Assembly: GCA_963666215.2 (NCBI GenBank)
Contig: CAXWPL010000004.1
Span: 1 to 64,000, forward strand
DNA from: Acidobacteriota bacterium
Lineage (GTDB): Bacteria > Acidobacteriota > UBA890 > WLXD01
DNA: 64,000 nucleotides
Reading direction: 5' to 3'
Shown: positions 26,624 to 37,089 of the stretch, one piece after another
Layout of the letters: each line of letters begins with the position of its first letter
Numbering within the stretch: position 1 is the stretch's first letter
Position numbers and translations under genes: made by a program
Notes under the pieces: generated by a model
Told to the model about the DNA's origin: nothing
Database searches by the model: none
The model's input: the letters and a program-made list of their open reading frames with translations, nothing else

Positions 26624-29600
26624 CTAATCGGGCAATGCGTCGGCCAGCCACTCGATCGGGTGACGTGGGCTACCACCGAGCGCCTGCTGGACCTGATGGC
26701 GACACGAAATCCCTGAAACCGCGACCCCTGTGCCAGGCTCGTTCCGCAGGGCCGGAAAGAGGGAGAGCTCGCCGATCGCCATCGACGTGTCGTAGTGCTC
26801 CGCCTTGTAGCCGAACGAGCCAGCCATGCCACAGCAGCCCGTATCGAGCGCGACAGGCTCGAGCTCAGGAATCCATCGCAGCATTTCCATGGTGGGCTCC
26901 ATACCGATCAGCGCCTTCTGGTGACAGTGACCATGAACCAGAAGACGGCCAGGCCGCGGTTGCAGCCCGAGTTGGAGCTCCAGCTCGGACTCCGCGCCTC
27001 GAGCTCGGGAAACCAGAAACTCATCGATCATGAAGCTGGCCTCGGCGACCTTGCGCACCGCGCTCGACTCTCCCAGTAGATCGCGATAATCGTCTCGCAG
27101 CATCAGCAGACAAGAAGGCTCGCAGCCGACGATCGGCGTCCCCGCCTCGACGTGCGGCATCAGCGCCGCGACATTGGCCCGAGCCGCGGCGGCGGCAGCT
27201 CCCACCAGACCGTTGGAGAGCATCGGTCGGCCGCAGCAAGCGGCTTTCGCCAACACCACCTCGAAGCCCGCCGCTTCGAGCACGCGCACAGCGGCCAGAC
27301 CCACGGTGGGGACGTTGTAGTTCATGAACGTGTCGTGGAAGAGAACCACACGCCCGCGATCGCCCGGCGTGTTGCCCGCGGCAGCTCGGCGGCGCTCGCC
27401 GAAGCGCTGCTCGAAGGTGCGGCGCACAAAAGTTGGTAGGTGACGCCGCGCCGACACGCCCAACAACCGTTCGTTGAGCCAGCGCCCCGGAGGGCTCGCG
27501 CCCATCCAGTTCGAGATCGGTGCCAGACGCGATCCCCACCGACCCACTCGATCGGCGTTCGCAAACAGGCGGGCGCGCAGCGGCACGCCGTGCGCGTCTT
27601 GGTACTGTGCCAAGAACTCGTACTTGAGCTTCGCCATGTCGACGCCGCTGGGGCACTCCGACTTGCAGGCTTTGCACTCGAGACAAAGATCCATCACTTG
27701 GTACAGGCGCTCGCTGGTCAACGACGCAGACGGCAACTGCCCGGCGATCACAGCGCGCAAAGCGTTGGCACGCCCACGCGTGCTGTGCTCCTCGGAGCGC
27801 GTAACCATGTACGACGGGCACATCGTCCCGCCCTCGGTCTTGCGGCAAGCACCGTTTCCATTACACATCTCGACGGCACCCGAGAAGCTGCCTTCCGGTG
27901 TCCAGTCGAGTTGCGTGGCCAGCGGTGGCGTGTGGTAGTCGACGCCATAGCGCAGATCGGTGTCGATGAGATACCTTGGCGGCGTCTGCGCCGGGCGGCG
28001 TGCAGACACTCCAATACCGTCCGCACCCCCATTGCGATCCGACATCGACAGCGGATCGCAGATATTGCCGGGATTCATCCGCCCCTCGGGATCGAACGCC
28101 GTCTTGATCTGGCGGAAAGCCGAATACACCTCTTGGCCGAAGAAGCCAGGCAGGTATTCGGTGCGTGTGCGTCCGTCTCCGTGCTCACCAGCCAGCGCGC
28201 CATCGAACTCGACCACGAGATCGCGCACCTCTTCGGCGATCGAGCGCAACTTGCCCACGTCGCCCGCCTCTTTGAGATTGATCACCGGCCGAAAATGCAA
28301 ACAGCCCACCGACGCGTGACCGTAGAACCCGGCCCACGTATCGTGGCGATCGACCACATCCTGAAGGCGAGCGACGTACTCGGGCAATCGGTCAACCGGG
28401 ACTGCTGTGTCTTCGACGAAGGCGATCGGCTTGGCGTCGCCCTTGAGCGACAGCATGAGGGCCAGGCCGGCCTTCCGTAGCTGCCAGACATCGGCCTGCT
28501 GCTGGGTCCCGGTAGCACGATAGAAGCCGAATCCCAGCCGCTCCCGAGCCAGCAGGTCGCGCAGCTTGTCGACCTGATCGGCAACGAAGGCAGGACTCTC
28601 GCCGCTGTACTCCGTAATCAGGAGCGCCTTCGGACTTCCCTCGACGTAGTCACACAAGTGGGCCAAGCCAGAGTGCGCGCGCGCCTGGCGGATCATCAGG
28701 TCGTCGATCAGCTCGACCGCGCTCGGCTGAGTCTCCACGATGAGGCGCGTCGCTTCCATCGCGGTTACGAGGTCGTCGAACTGCGCCACCCCGAGCGCCG
28801 TCGCCGACGGCAGTCGCACAAGGCGGACCTTGGCGTCGAGAAACACCGCCAACGTGGCCTCGGAGCCGACCATCAGCTCGGCCATGTTGAACGAATCGAA
28901 CCCGCCTATGGCATCAAACGCTCTGGGCGAGTTCGACGAGGCGTTGGACATGCGATCGACGAATGCATCGAGGTTGTAGCCGGTAACCCGGCGCATCACC
29001 TTCGGGAAGCGTTCGCGAATCGCGTCCGCGTGACGTTCCACCACGGCCGCTACCGTGCGGTAGAGCCTGCCCTCGAGTCCGTCCACCCGTTGCTTGCCCT
29101 GTAAGCCGGCGGCGTCGAGGGGCGTACATGTGATCTCGGAGCCGTCAGCGAGCAAGCAGCGAAGATCCAGGACGTGGTCGATCGTCTTGCCGTGCACGAT
29201 CGAGTGGGCGCCCGCCGAGTTGTTGCCAATCATGCCGCCGAGAGTGGCGCGGGTTGCAGTGGCGGTATCGGGGCCGAAATCGAGGCCGTACGGGGCGGCA
29301 GCGCGGCGCAACGCGTCTTGCACCACCCCGGGCTGCACACGTGCCCATCCCTCCTCCGCATTGAGCTCGAGGATCTGGTTCAGATGCCGCGAACAATCGA
29401 TGACAACCGCCTCGTTAACCGTCTGTCCCTCGAGGCTGGTCCCGCCGCCGCGCGGCAGAATGGGCAGGCCGTTGTCCGCGGCAAACTGCACTGTTGCCGC
29501 CACGTCGTCGGCGTGACGAGGAAAAACGACGGCGATCGGCGTGGCGCGGTAGATGCTCGCGTCGGTGGAGTACAGCTGCCGCGTCATGTCATCGACGCAA

Positions 29601-29656
29601 ACGGTGCCGTCGATGCGCTCGGAGAGCTCAGAAACCAGTTCGTGGGCGAGTTGCAT
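26624..29656 (-). CDS. FAD-linked oxidase plus 4Fe-4S/CCG fusion (YdiJ/GlcD-GlcF-like hydroxyacid dehydrogenase)
   Basis: PRGGGTSLEGQ, GEHGDG, CNGNGAC, CLECKACKSECP, CCGRP, CCGMAGSFG. Confidence 0.93.
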   Translation of the reverse strand: MQLAHELVSELSERIDGTVCVDDMTRQLYSTDASIYRATPIAVVFPRHADDVAATVQFAADNGLPILPRGGGTSLEGQTVNEAVVIDCSRHLNQILELNAEEGWARVQPGVVQDALRRAAAPYGLDFGPDTATATRATLGGMIGNNSAGAHSIVHGKTIDHVLDLRCLLADGSEITCTPLDAAGLQGKQRVDGLEGRLYRTVAAVVERHADAIRERFPKVMRRVTGYNLDAFVDRMSNASSNSPRAFDAIGGFDSFNMAELMVGSEATLAVFLDAKVRLVRLPSATALGVAQFDDLVTAMEATRLIVETQPSAVELIDDLMIRQARAHSGLAHLCDYVEGSPKALLITEYSGESPAFVADQVDKLRDLLARERLGFGFYRATGTQQQADVWQLRKAGLALMLSLKGDAKPIAFVEDTAVPVDRLPEYVARLQDVVDRHDTWAGFYGHASVGCLHFRPVINLKEAGDVGKLRSIAEEVRDLVVEFDGALAGEHGDGRTRTEYLPGFFGQEVYSAFRQIKTAFDPEGRMNPGNICDPLSMSDRNGGADGIGVSARRPAQTPPRYLIDTDLRYGVDYHTPPLATQLDWTPEGSFSGAVEMCNGNGACRKTEGGTMCPSYMVTRSEEHSTRGRANALRAVIAGQLPSASLTSERLYQVMDLCLECKACKSECPSGVDMAKLKYEFLAQYQDAHGVPLRARLFANADRVGRWGSRLAPISNWMGASPPGRWLNERLLGVSARRHLPTFVRRTFEQRFGERRRAAAGNTPGDRGRVVLFHDTFMNYNVPTVGLAAVRVLEAAGFEVVLAKAACCGRPMLSNGLVGAAAAAARANVAALMPHVEAGTPIVGCEPSCLLMLRDDYRDLLGESSAVRKVAEASFMIDEFLVSRARGAESELELQLGLQPRPGRLLVHGHCHQKALIGMEPTMEMLRWIPELEPVALDTGCCGMAGSFGYKAEHYDTSMAIGELSLFPALRNEPGTGVAVSGISCRHQVQQALGGSPRHPIEWLADALPD

Positions 29657-29878
29657 GACGGCCGCGAGTATAGTCCCGCGGCTCCCGCCCGCAGGCGCTC
29701 GGTGGCACCCGGCCACTGTCGTCGGACACGCCGAACGGAGCACCACATCCCTGGCCGAAAAGCTCAGACCTCCGCCGCCGGAGCAGGCGCGCCGGATCGC
29801 CCGTCAGATCCGGCCATTCAGAGTCTCAGACGCGGACACAGGGCAGCTAACGCCGCACAATTGCCCATTATTACCTAC

Positions 29879-29905
29879 TTGTGCATATTAAAGGTCTTGT
29901 ATAAT
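29879..29905 (+). promoter_or_regulatory. Possible sigma70 promoter for the PilZ gene
   Basis: Perfect TATAAT at 29900-29905 in an AT-rich patch; TTGTGC at a short 15-nt spacing. Confidence 0.4.
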
Positions 29906-29980
29906 CATCACTGCTGTCGCATCAATAGGGACTGCCCACGTGCAAACCGTGGAGTTCGAAGAGACTTCAGGAGGGATGAC

Positions 29981-30361
29981 GTGCTTCGCAAGCTGTAGAG
30001 AGGACCTGATCGCCGACGTTTTCCGCGCGTGGACGCCAGCTTCGAGGTCCGAATCATGATCGAGGTGTACGGCTTCCAGGATGAGGTGGAGCCGTTCTTC
30101 GCCAGCGGCATGACGAGCGACGTCAGCCGGCTCGGGGTTCTGGCTGAGCTCGACGCGCCGATTCATGCGAGCTCGGTTTGCAAGGTGTTCTTCCGCGGAA
30201 CCGGCGAGCAGATCCGGCCGCACCACGTCTGCGGGCGGGTAACGCGGTGCGAAGAGAACCATGGGCGCTTTCGAGTTGCCGTTGAGTTCGACGAGCCGCT
30301 GCTGCGCCTGGAGATTCAAGAGGTGCCCGCGCTCGTGGCCGGGGCCCGTCCAAAGGCCTAG
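29981..30361 (+). CDS. PilZ-domain protein with an in-frame TAG at 29996 (or a damaged 5' end)
   Basis: DRRRFPR (RxxxR) lies upstream of the called GTG 30029; DVSRLG matches DxSxxG. Confidence 0.7.
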
Positions 30362-30534
30362 TCGCGCTGCGTCTCAGCCGTCGCGGCTGCTCGTTGAATA
30401 CCGGCGTCGCCACTCAATCCGCGACCGTTCCGATTTGCGGCCGACCGCTTTGGCTGCTACTCCTGGCACGACCACAGCAACATACCAACTGCCGCTCGCT
30501 CGCGCGTGCCAACCCGGCGATCCCGATCTAGTTC

Positions 30535-32148
30535 ATGGCCGACCTCCCCGGCGCAGAAGGCGACATCTCCCCCGATGAGTTCCGCCGCCGCGCCGGCGAC
30601 CTCGTCGACTGGATCGCCCGTTACCTCGAGTCGAATCGGAGCCATCCCGTCCTCTCGCGTTCGCTCCCAGGCGACCTGCTGCGGGCGCTCCCCGACGATG
30701 GCCCGGAGGGGCCGGAGCCGTGGGAAAACGTCGTCGGTGACGTCGACCGACTCCTGCTGCCCGGCCTGACCCACTGGAACCACCCGCGCTTCTTCGCCTA
30801 CTTCGCGATTACCGGATCGGCGCCGGGCATTCTCGGGGCGCTGCTCGAGAAGGCGCTCAACGTTAACGGCATGCTCTGGCGCACCTCCCCCGCGGCTACT
30901 GAGCTCGAACAGCGTGTGCTCGCTTGGCTGGCGCGCTGGGTCGGCTTGCCGCCGACAACCTTCGGGGTGCTCACCGACACCGCGTCGATTTCCACCCTGT
31001 GCGCCATCGCCGCTGCGCGAGAGGCGGCCCTCGGTGCCGAAGGCCGGGCGCGCGGCCTGGCGGCCAGCGGCAAGAGGTTGCGACTGTACCGGTCGGACGA
31101 ATCGCACTCGTCGGTGGAGAAAGCGGCTTTGCTGCTTGGCATTGGCCAGGACGGCGTCCGCGTGATCGGCTGCGACGCGGCCTACCGCCTCGATGTGGAC
31201 GAGCTGCGCGACGCCATTGCCGAGGATCGCCGCGACGGCTGGACGCCCTTCTGCATTTCCGCCACCGCGGGCTCCACGTCCACCACGAGCGTCGACCCGC
31301 TAGCAGCGATCGCCGACGTCGCCGAGAGCGAACATCTATGGCTGCACGTCGACGCGGCCTACGCTGGTTCAGCAGCGATCGTGCCTGAGTTGAGGACACT
31401 GCTAACAGGCTGGGAACGCGCCGACTCGATCGTGCTCAACCCTCACAAGTGGCTGTTCACGCCCGTCGGTTGCAGCGTGCTCTACACACGCCGTCCGGAG
31501 GTGCTGAAAGAGGCGTTCCAGCTCGTTCCCGAGTACCTGCGATCCGATGTGGGAGCCACCGATCCCACCGAGCCTCCGGCCTCGGTAGGCCACCTACGCG
31601 AGTCCGCGGCGGCGGCGGCGCCGGCGGAGAGTCCGAGCGACCACGCCCAGGATGGGCCGATCGACTACATGGACTACGGCATCCAGCTCGGCCGCCCATT
31701 CCGCTCGCTGCGACTGTGGTTCGTGTTCCGTGCCTTCGGGCGCGCCGGTCTCGAGACGCGCATCCGCTCGCACGTAAGAATGGCGGCCGAGCTGGCCGCC
31801 AAGATCGACGCTCACTCCGACTTCGAGAGGCTGGCGCCGACGCCCTTCTCCCTCGTTTGCTTCCGCTACCGGCCCGGCGTGGGCGACAACAGCGGCGACG
31901 GCACTCAGCTAACGCGCACCGACGAGGACCGCTGGGCAACGCTCAACGAGCGCCTGCTGAGCGAGCTCAACGCCAGCGGCGAGGTGTTCCTGTCGCACAC
32001 GCGGCTGCGCGGCCGCTTCGCGCTGCGCTTCGCGATTGGCAACCTGCGGACGACAGACGCCGATGTGGCGCACGCCTGGGAGCTGATCCAGTCAAAGGCG
32101 GCCTCTCTCGGGGCGCCCACCACGAGCGGGGTCGTCTCAAGGAGCTAA
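30535..32148 (+). CDS. Group II PLP-dependent (aromatic amino acid-type) decarboxylase
   Basis: THWNHPRFFAYF, SPAATELE, HVDAAYAG, NPHKW. Confidence 0.93.
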   Translation: MADLPGAEGDISPDEFRRRAGDLVDWIARYLESNRSHPVLSRSLPGDLLRALPDDGPEGPEPWENVVGDVDRLLLPGLTHWNHPRFFAYFAITGSAPGILGALLEKALNVNGMLWRTSPAATELEQRVLAWLARWVGLPPTTFGVLTDTASISTLCAIAAAREAALGAEGRARGLAASGKRLRLYRSDESHSSVEKAALLLGIGQDGVRVIGCDAAYRLDVDELRDAIAEDRRDGWTPFCISATAGSTSTTSVDPLAAIADVAESEHLWLHVDAAYAGSAAIVPELRTLLTGWERADSIVLNPHKWLFTPVGCSVLYTRRPEVLKEAFQLVPEYLRSDVGATDPTEPPASVGHLRESAAAAAPAESPSDHAQDGPIDYMDYGIQLGRPFRSLRLWFVFRAFGRAGLETRIRSHVRMAAELAAKIDAHSDFERLAPTPFSLVCFRYRPGVGDNSGDGTQLTRTDEDRWATLNERLLSELNASGEVFLSHTRLRGRFALRFAIGNLRTTDADVAHAWELIQSKAASLGAPTTSGVVSRS

Positions 32149-32182
32149 CACGACCGCGCAGCTGGCAACTCCGGGAGGACTC

Positions 32183-33421
32183 CTAAAGAGCTACTCCCTC
32201 GCCTCGGATGACGGCCTCGATGTCGGGCAACACCTCTTCGAGGATCTCCTGCGTAATCACCAGCGGTGGCGCAAAGCGGATCACCTGCTCGTGAGTCTCT
32301 TTGGCGAGAATGCCGCGAGCCATGAGCTCTTCGCAGAACGGTCGGGCGGGACCCGAAGACCGCTTGATCACGACGCCAACCATGAACCCGCGACCACGTA
32401 CCAGCTCTACGTGTGGCGACCCCACCGCGCGCAGTCGGTCGACGAACCAGGACCCGAGCTCATCGGCCCGCTGTGGCAACCGCTCGTCCACAAGCACATC
32501 GAGCGCGGCGCAGCCGACGGCAGCGGCGAGAGGGTTGCCCCCGAAAGTCGAGCCGTGATCGCCCGGGTGGAATACACCCATGATCTCGCTGTCGGCAAGT
32601 ACCGCTGACACCGGATACACGCCGCCGCCAAGCGCCTTGCCGAGAATCAGCACGTCGGGTCGAACGTCTTCCCACTCGCAGGCGAGCAGCTTGCCGGTGC
32701 GCCCGAGTCCAGTCTGCACCTCGTCGGCAATGAAAAGAACATTGTGCTCGCGGCACAGCTCCGCGGCGGCCGCAAGGAAGCCGTCGGGAGGCATCACAAC
32801 GCCGCCCTCGCCCTGAATCGGCTCGACCAGAAATCCAACGGTGTTGTCGTTGATCGCGCCGCGCAGCGCTTCGAGGTCGCCGTACGGCACGCTCGGGAAT
32901 CCGGGTGTGAACGGACCGAATCCGTCGCGCGCCTGTGAGTCGGTGGAAAAGCCGACGATCGTGGTCGTGCGACCGTGGAAGTTGCCTTCGCAGGTGATGA
33001 TCTCCGCCGCGCCCTCGGCGACACCCTTCACCTTGTAGCCCCACTTGCGCGTGGTCTTGATGGCCGTCTCCACCGCTTCGGCACCGGTGTTCATCGGCAA
33101 CGCTCGCTCGTAGCCCATGAGGCCACAGAGCTTCTCCAGAAAGCCGCCCATCTGATCGTTGTGGAAGGCGCGTGAAGTCAGCGTCAGCTTGTCGGCCTGC
33201 TCCTTGAGCGCCCCGACAATGCTGGCGTGGCAGTGCCCCTGGTTGACGGCGGAGTAGGCCGCCAGGCAATCGAGATAGCGCTTGCCCTCGACGTCCCAAA
33301 CCCACACCCCTTCACCCCGTGTCAGAACCACGGGAAGAGGGTGGTAGTTGTGCGCACCCCAACGCTCGGAAGTCTCGATGTAGGAGGCGCTCTGGGATGC
33401 TACTGCGGTTGACTCGGACAT
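32183..33421 (-). CDS. rocD: Ornithine-oxo-acid aminotransferase
   Basis: AHNYHPLPVV, YSAVNQGH, MNTGAEAVE, DEVQTGLGRTG, LGKALGGG, HGSTFGGN. Confidence 0.95.
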   Translation of the reverse strand: MSESTAVASQSASYIETSERWGAHNYHPLPVVLTRGEGVWVWDVEGKRYLDCLAAYSAVNQGHCHASIVGALKEQADKLTLTSRAFHNDQMGGFLEKLCGLMGYERALPMNTGAEAVETAIKTTRKWGYKVKGVAEGAAEIITCEGNFHGRTTTIVGFSTDSQARDGFGPFTPGFPSVPYGDLEALRGAINDNTVGFLVEPIQGEGGVVMPPDGFLAAAAELCREHNVLFIADEVQTGLGRTGKLLACEWEDVRPDVLILGKALGGGVYPVSAVLADSEIMGVFHPGDHGSTFGGNPLAAAVGCAALDVLVDERLPQRADELGSWFVDRLRAVGSPHVELVRGRGFMVGVVIKRSSGPARPFCEELMARGILAKETHEQVIRFAPPLVITQEILEEVLPDIEAVIRGEGVAL

Positions 33422-33667
33422 GGCTCGGGATCCGTTGGAATCTGACGGAGTGGAAGGGCTCGAAGAGCAGGCGCCGGGCGGTCAGAGCCGGTCGCGAGGG
33501 GGCACCCGAACTGTGCGGGCGCCGCAGGCGCAGGCTACCATAGGGGCCTGCGCTCGGGTAACGTTGCCGGACCTTTGGCGGCCAAGTCGCGCCGCCCCGA
33601 ACTTGAGCCAAGCCAAACAAGACATTCTGGCAGGCGCGCATGAGCGCGGCCTGGGAGATCCGAGACC

Positions 33668-34168
33668 ATGACCAACGTCGCACGTCGTCTATCGTTCCTG
33701 TTGCTGATCCTGTTTGTCGGCGTCGCTGTCGCCTGCGCCCCCGTTGAGGAGCCCGCCGACCCGACGCCAGAGCCGGAGCCGGAGGCCAGCGCTCCGGCCG
33801 CCCCGCCGGCTGAGGCGCCCCCGGCGGAGGCTCCGCCCGAGGACAACACTCCCGCCGCGCCGCAGCTGCAGGGCAACATCATCATCAGCCAGGACGAATT
33901 CGACTGGCAGAACACCACCCAGGACAACACCGGCTTCTGGTGGCAGATGAACGTCAACAACGACACCACCCAGACGCTCCGGATCACCGTCAAGTTCACC
34001 TTCCTCGACGAGAGCGACGATGCCGTGCGCTCCGAGGAAGAGACCATCCGCCTGGCGCCCGCCACATCACGAATGGTGCGGGGCGAGGGCACGATGAACT
34101 GGGATCAGGCGAATCAGATCGTCAGCTACTTGGCCGAGTACCTCTCGTTCGACATCGTCGACTCGTAG
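33668..34168 (+). CDS. Hypothetical lipoprotein with a Pro/Ala/Glu linker
   Basis: Lipobox-like AVAC, a PAEAP repeat, then a beta-rich domain. Confidence 0.75.
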   Translation: MTNVARRLSFLLLILFVGVAVACAPVEEPADPTPEPEPEASAPAAPPAEAPPAEAPPEDNTPAAPQLQGNIIISQDEFDWQNTTQDNTGFWWQMNVNNDTTQTLRITVKFTFLDESDDAVRSEEETIRLAPATSRMVRGEGTMNWDQANQIVSYLAEYLSFDIVDS

Positions 34169-34253
34169 GCGCGCCCGCAAGAATCCGGCAACGGCGTCGC
34201 GGCGAGACCGCGCGGCAGGTCTCCGCAGTGTGGCGATCTAGCAGCGTAGCAGC

Positions 34254-35453
34254 TCAGGCTCGCGCCGCGAGCTCGGGAGCAGGCGTCACGATGCCTTTCG
34301 ACTCGAGTGTTTCTTGCGATTCGAGCGCCCCGTTCGATTCGAGCGCTCCTTTTGATGCGAGCACAGTGCCGATCTCTCTCAAAAGGAATTCCACCTCAGA
34401 GCTCTCGATCGAACGGCCCATGTGACCGACGCGGATGATCTTGCCGCTCAGCGCGTCCAGTCCGCCCGAGATATAGATACGTCGCTCGGCCAGTGTCGAC
34501 ACGAGCTCGGCGGCCGGCAACTTGGGGTGAGCAAGCGCAGCCGTCGTAATCGGCGAAGCGTGGGCGTCGTCGCTGAACATCTCGAACCCGAGAGCGCGCA
34601 GGCCGGCTCGTGTACGCTCCGCCGCCTGCCGCGTGCGCTCAACTCGATGGTCGAGGCCCTCTTCGAGAATCTGGGCCACGCTCAGATCAAGCGCGAAGAG
34701 CACACCGGTCGGCACTGTTGTCGGAAAGGGGTGCCAGTCGGCCCACTCGGTGTCGTAGCGCCGCCATGTTCGCAGGTCGAAGTACCAGCCGCGAGAGTCG
34801 GGGTTGGCATCGATAGCGGCCCAGGCTTGGGGGCTCACCGTCACCGCCGCAAGGCCTGGCTGCGACGCCAGACCCTTGTTCGAGACGCTGACGCACAGGT
34901 CGACGCACCAGTCGTCCACCCGCATGTCGGCTCCCCCTAGAGAGGAGACCGCGTCGATGATCGAAAGCACGCCGTTCTCCCGCGCAGCTGTCGAAATCGA
35001 CTGAACCGGGTTGAGCACACCTGTGGAGGTCTCGTGGTGCACCCACGCGACGGCGGCAGGACGCGGCTCCAGCGCCAGGCGGGCGGCCACGGCGGCGCCA
35101 TCGATCGGCGCCCCAAGGGGAAATTCCATCACCTCGACACGGGCGCGGTGGGCCCGACACATCTGCTGCAGGCGCTCGCCGAAGTAACCGTTGCTGAGCA
35201 CCAGCACAGGCGCGCCATCGGGGAGCGCGCTGGCCATCGCCGCGTCGAGAGCTCCCGTCCCCGGGCCCACCATCAGGTAAAGATCGTTCGTCGTGCGAAA
35301 AACCTCGCGTAGACGCGCGCGGCAGCCGTTGTACGCAGCAACGAACTCGGGCCCGTAGTGCGGCACGATCGGCTGTGCGAGCGCTTCCAGGACATCTGGA
35401 TCGGCACCCGCGGGCCCTGGAATGAAGAGGTGAACGTCCTGCCGATGGGTCAA
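34254..35453 (-). CDS. Class V aminotransferase (alanine-glyoxylate/serine-pyruvate type)
   Basis: FIPGP, HHETSTG, IDAVSS, SNKGL, IRVGHMG; tail with an 18-bp repeat (34299-34363). Confidence 0.92.
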   Translation of the reverse strand: MTHRQDVHLFIPGPAGADPDVLEALAQPIVPHYGPEFVAAYNGCRARLREVFRTTNDLYLMVGPGTGALDAAMASALPDGAPVLVLSNGYFGERLQQMCRAHRARVEVMEFPLGAPIDGAAVAARLALEPRPAAVAWVHHETSTGVLNPVQSISTAARENGVLSIIDAVSSLGGADMRVDDWCVDLCVSVSNKGLASQPGLAAVTVSPQAWAAIDANPDSRGWYFDLRTWRRYDTEWADWHPFPTTVPTGVLFALDLSVAQILEEGLDHRVERTRQAAERTRAGLRALGFEMFSDDAHASPITTAALAHPKLPAAELVSTLAERRIYISGGLDALSGKIIRVGHMGRSIESSEVEFLLREIGTVLASKGALESNGALESQETLESKGIVTPAPELAARA

Positions 35454-35542
35454 GATGCCTCCCGCGCTCGCCAGCGATTCTTGCCAGCCGCGAGCATAGC
35501 AGCAGGGTGAACAGGCTCGTTTTCGCCGGCCGCCGAGACCAA

Positions 35543-35683
35543 GTGTCCGATTCTGGGACGCAGCCTTCCCGCAGACGAACAGCAGTGTGCCTTGTCGTTT
35601 GCCCGGCCTGCTGGCAAACTCTTGGGTATCAAGCAGTTATGGGAATCTGGCTGGGCTAGCCGAAGGGTGGCACGCGTCTTGCA
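35543..35683 (+). promoter_or_regulatory. Sigma54 promoter with an IHF site and a candidate activator site
   Basis: TGGCAC-N5-TTGCA at 35668-35683; TATCAA-GCAG-TTA (WATCAAN4TTR) at 35627-35639; GTCC-N7-GGAC at 35545-35559. Confidence 0.85.
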
Positions 35684-35729
35684 TCCCCTACCCGCATAAA
35701 GAGCGTTCCCGCAGCCCGAGAACTTCACA

Positions 35730-36980
35730 ATGGTAGACATCAAGCGCCCGCCGCCAAGCAAGATCAAGAAATACATATTGAGTGGCGTTGGGGTTATCGC
35801 CCTCGTCGTCATCACGATCGGAATCTCCCGGCTCGAGCCGGCACCACCATCCGTCGACCGCGCCACGCTTTGGTTCGGCAAGGTGGAACGCGGCGAGCTC
35901 GTCCGACAGGTTCGTGGCCCCGGCACGCTGGTTCCCGAAGAGATCCTGGTGGTCAGCGCCCGCACGGCGGGCCGCGTCGAGCGCAAGCTCGTCCTGCCGG
36001 GTGCGCACGTAACGCCCGACACCGTGATCATGGAGCTCTCCAACCCCGACTTGCAGCTTGCGGTGCAGAACGCCGAGTGGGAATGGCGCCGCGCGGAGTC
36101 GGCCTTCACCCAGCTGCGTGTTCAGCTCGAGCAGCAGAAGCTGCAGCAGGAGTCGCTTTCAGCGCAGGTGCAGGCGGCCTACCATCAGGCCCGCCTGACC
36201 GCCGATCGCGACAAACAGATGTTCGAGGAGGGACTCCGATCGCAGCTCACCATGGAGCTGTCGCGCACGCAGGCCGACGAGCTCGCTAATCGCGACCGCA
36301 TCGAGAAACAGCGCCTCGCCAACATGACCGAGAGCATCGATGCCCAGCTCGAGTCTCAGAGAGCGCAGGTCGACCAGCGCAACGGCGAGTACCGACTGCG
36401 CGCAGCCGAGATCGACGCGCTGTTCGTTCGACCACGGTCAACGGGTGTGCTGCGCGACATTCCAGTGGAGGAAGGTCAGCAGGTTGCGCCTGGCACCGAA
36501 GTCGCTCGCGTTGTCGACCCCAAGCGCCTCAAGGCCGAGCTGCGTATTTCTCAGACCCAGGCTGGCGAGGTTGCGGTTGGCCAGGCCGCGGTCATCGACA
36601 CTCGCGCCGGCTTGGTACCTGGGCGCGTCACGCGCATCGACCCGGCGGTTGTGCAGGGGACGGTCACGGTTGACGTGCAACTGCTTGCCGACGAACTGCC
36701 AGCCAACGCGCGACCGGACCTCAGCGTCGACGGCCGTATCGAGATCGAGCGCCTCCCAGACGTCAAGTTCGTCGATCGCCCTGGCTTCGGTCAAGCCAAC
36801 CAATCGGTCGGCCTCTTCAAGGTGATCAACGACGGCAACGGCGCGGTGCGCACCACAGTGCGCTTCGGCGCCAGCTCGGTTGACAAGATCGTCGTGCTCG
36901 AAGGCCTCGAGGTCGGCGACGAGATCGTGTTGTCGGACCTCTCTCGCTACGACACGGCCGACCGACTACGCATTCGCTAG
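35730..36980 (+). CDS. Efflux periplasmic adaptor (HlyD/MacA-like)
   Basis: N-terminal TM, lipoyl halves, a coiled hairpin, RPDLSVDG. Confidence 0.9.
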   Translation: MVDIKRPPPSKIKKYILSGVGVIALVVITIGISRLEPAPPSVDRATLWFGKVERGELVRQVRGPGTLVPEEILVVSARTAGRVERKLVLPGAHVTPDTVIMELSNPDLQLAVQNAEWEWRRAESAFTQLRVQLEQQKLQQESLSAQVQAAYHQARLTADRDKQMFEEGLRSQLTMELSRTQADELANRDRIEKQRLANMTESIDAQLESQRAQVDQRNGEYRLRAAEIDALFVRPRSTGVLRDIPVEEGQQVAPGTEVARVVDPKRLKAELRISQTQAGEVAVGQAAVIDTRAGLVPGRVTRIDPAVVQGTVTVDVQLLADELPANARPDLSVDGRIEIERLPDVKFVDRPGFGQANQSVGLFKVINDGNGAVRTTVRFGASSVDKIVVLEGLEVGDEIVLSDLSRYDTADRLRIR

Positions 36981-37089
36981 AGACAAGCTCGCACCAGAGA
37001 CAAGCTCGCCCACATTCCATTCTCGAGGAACCACGGAACCGCCGCGGCTTAGAGCGGCACCAGCCCGCTACCGCGAACACGGAGGCAAT

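Noticed and set aside
33422-33667. Riboswitch or ncRNA between rocD and the lipoprotein gene
   Set aside because: Only generic GC-rich hairpins; no recognisable conserved motif.
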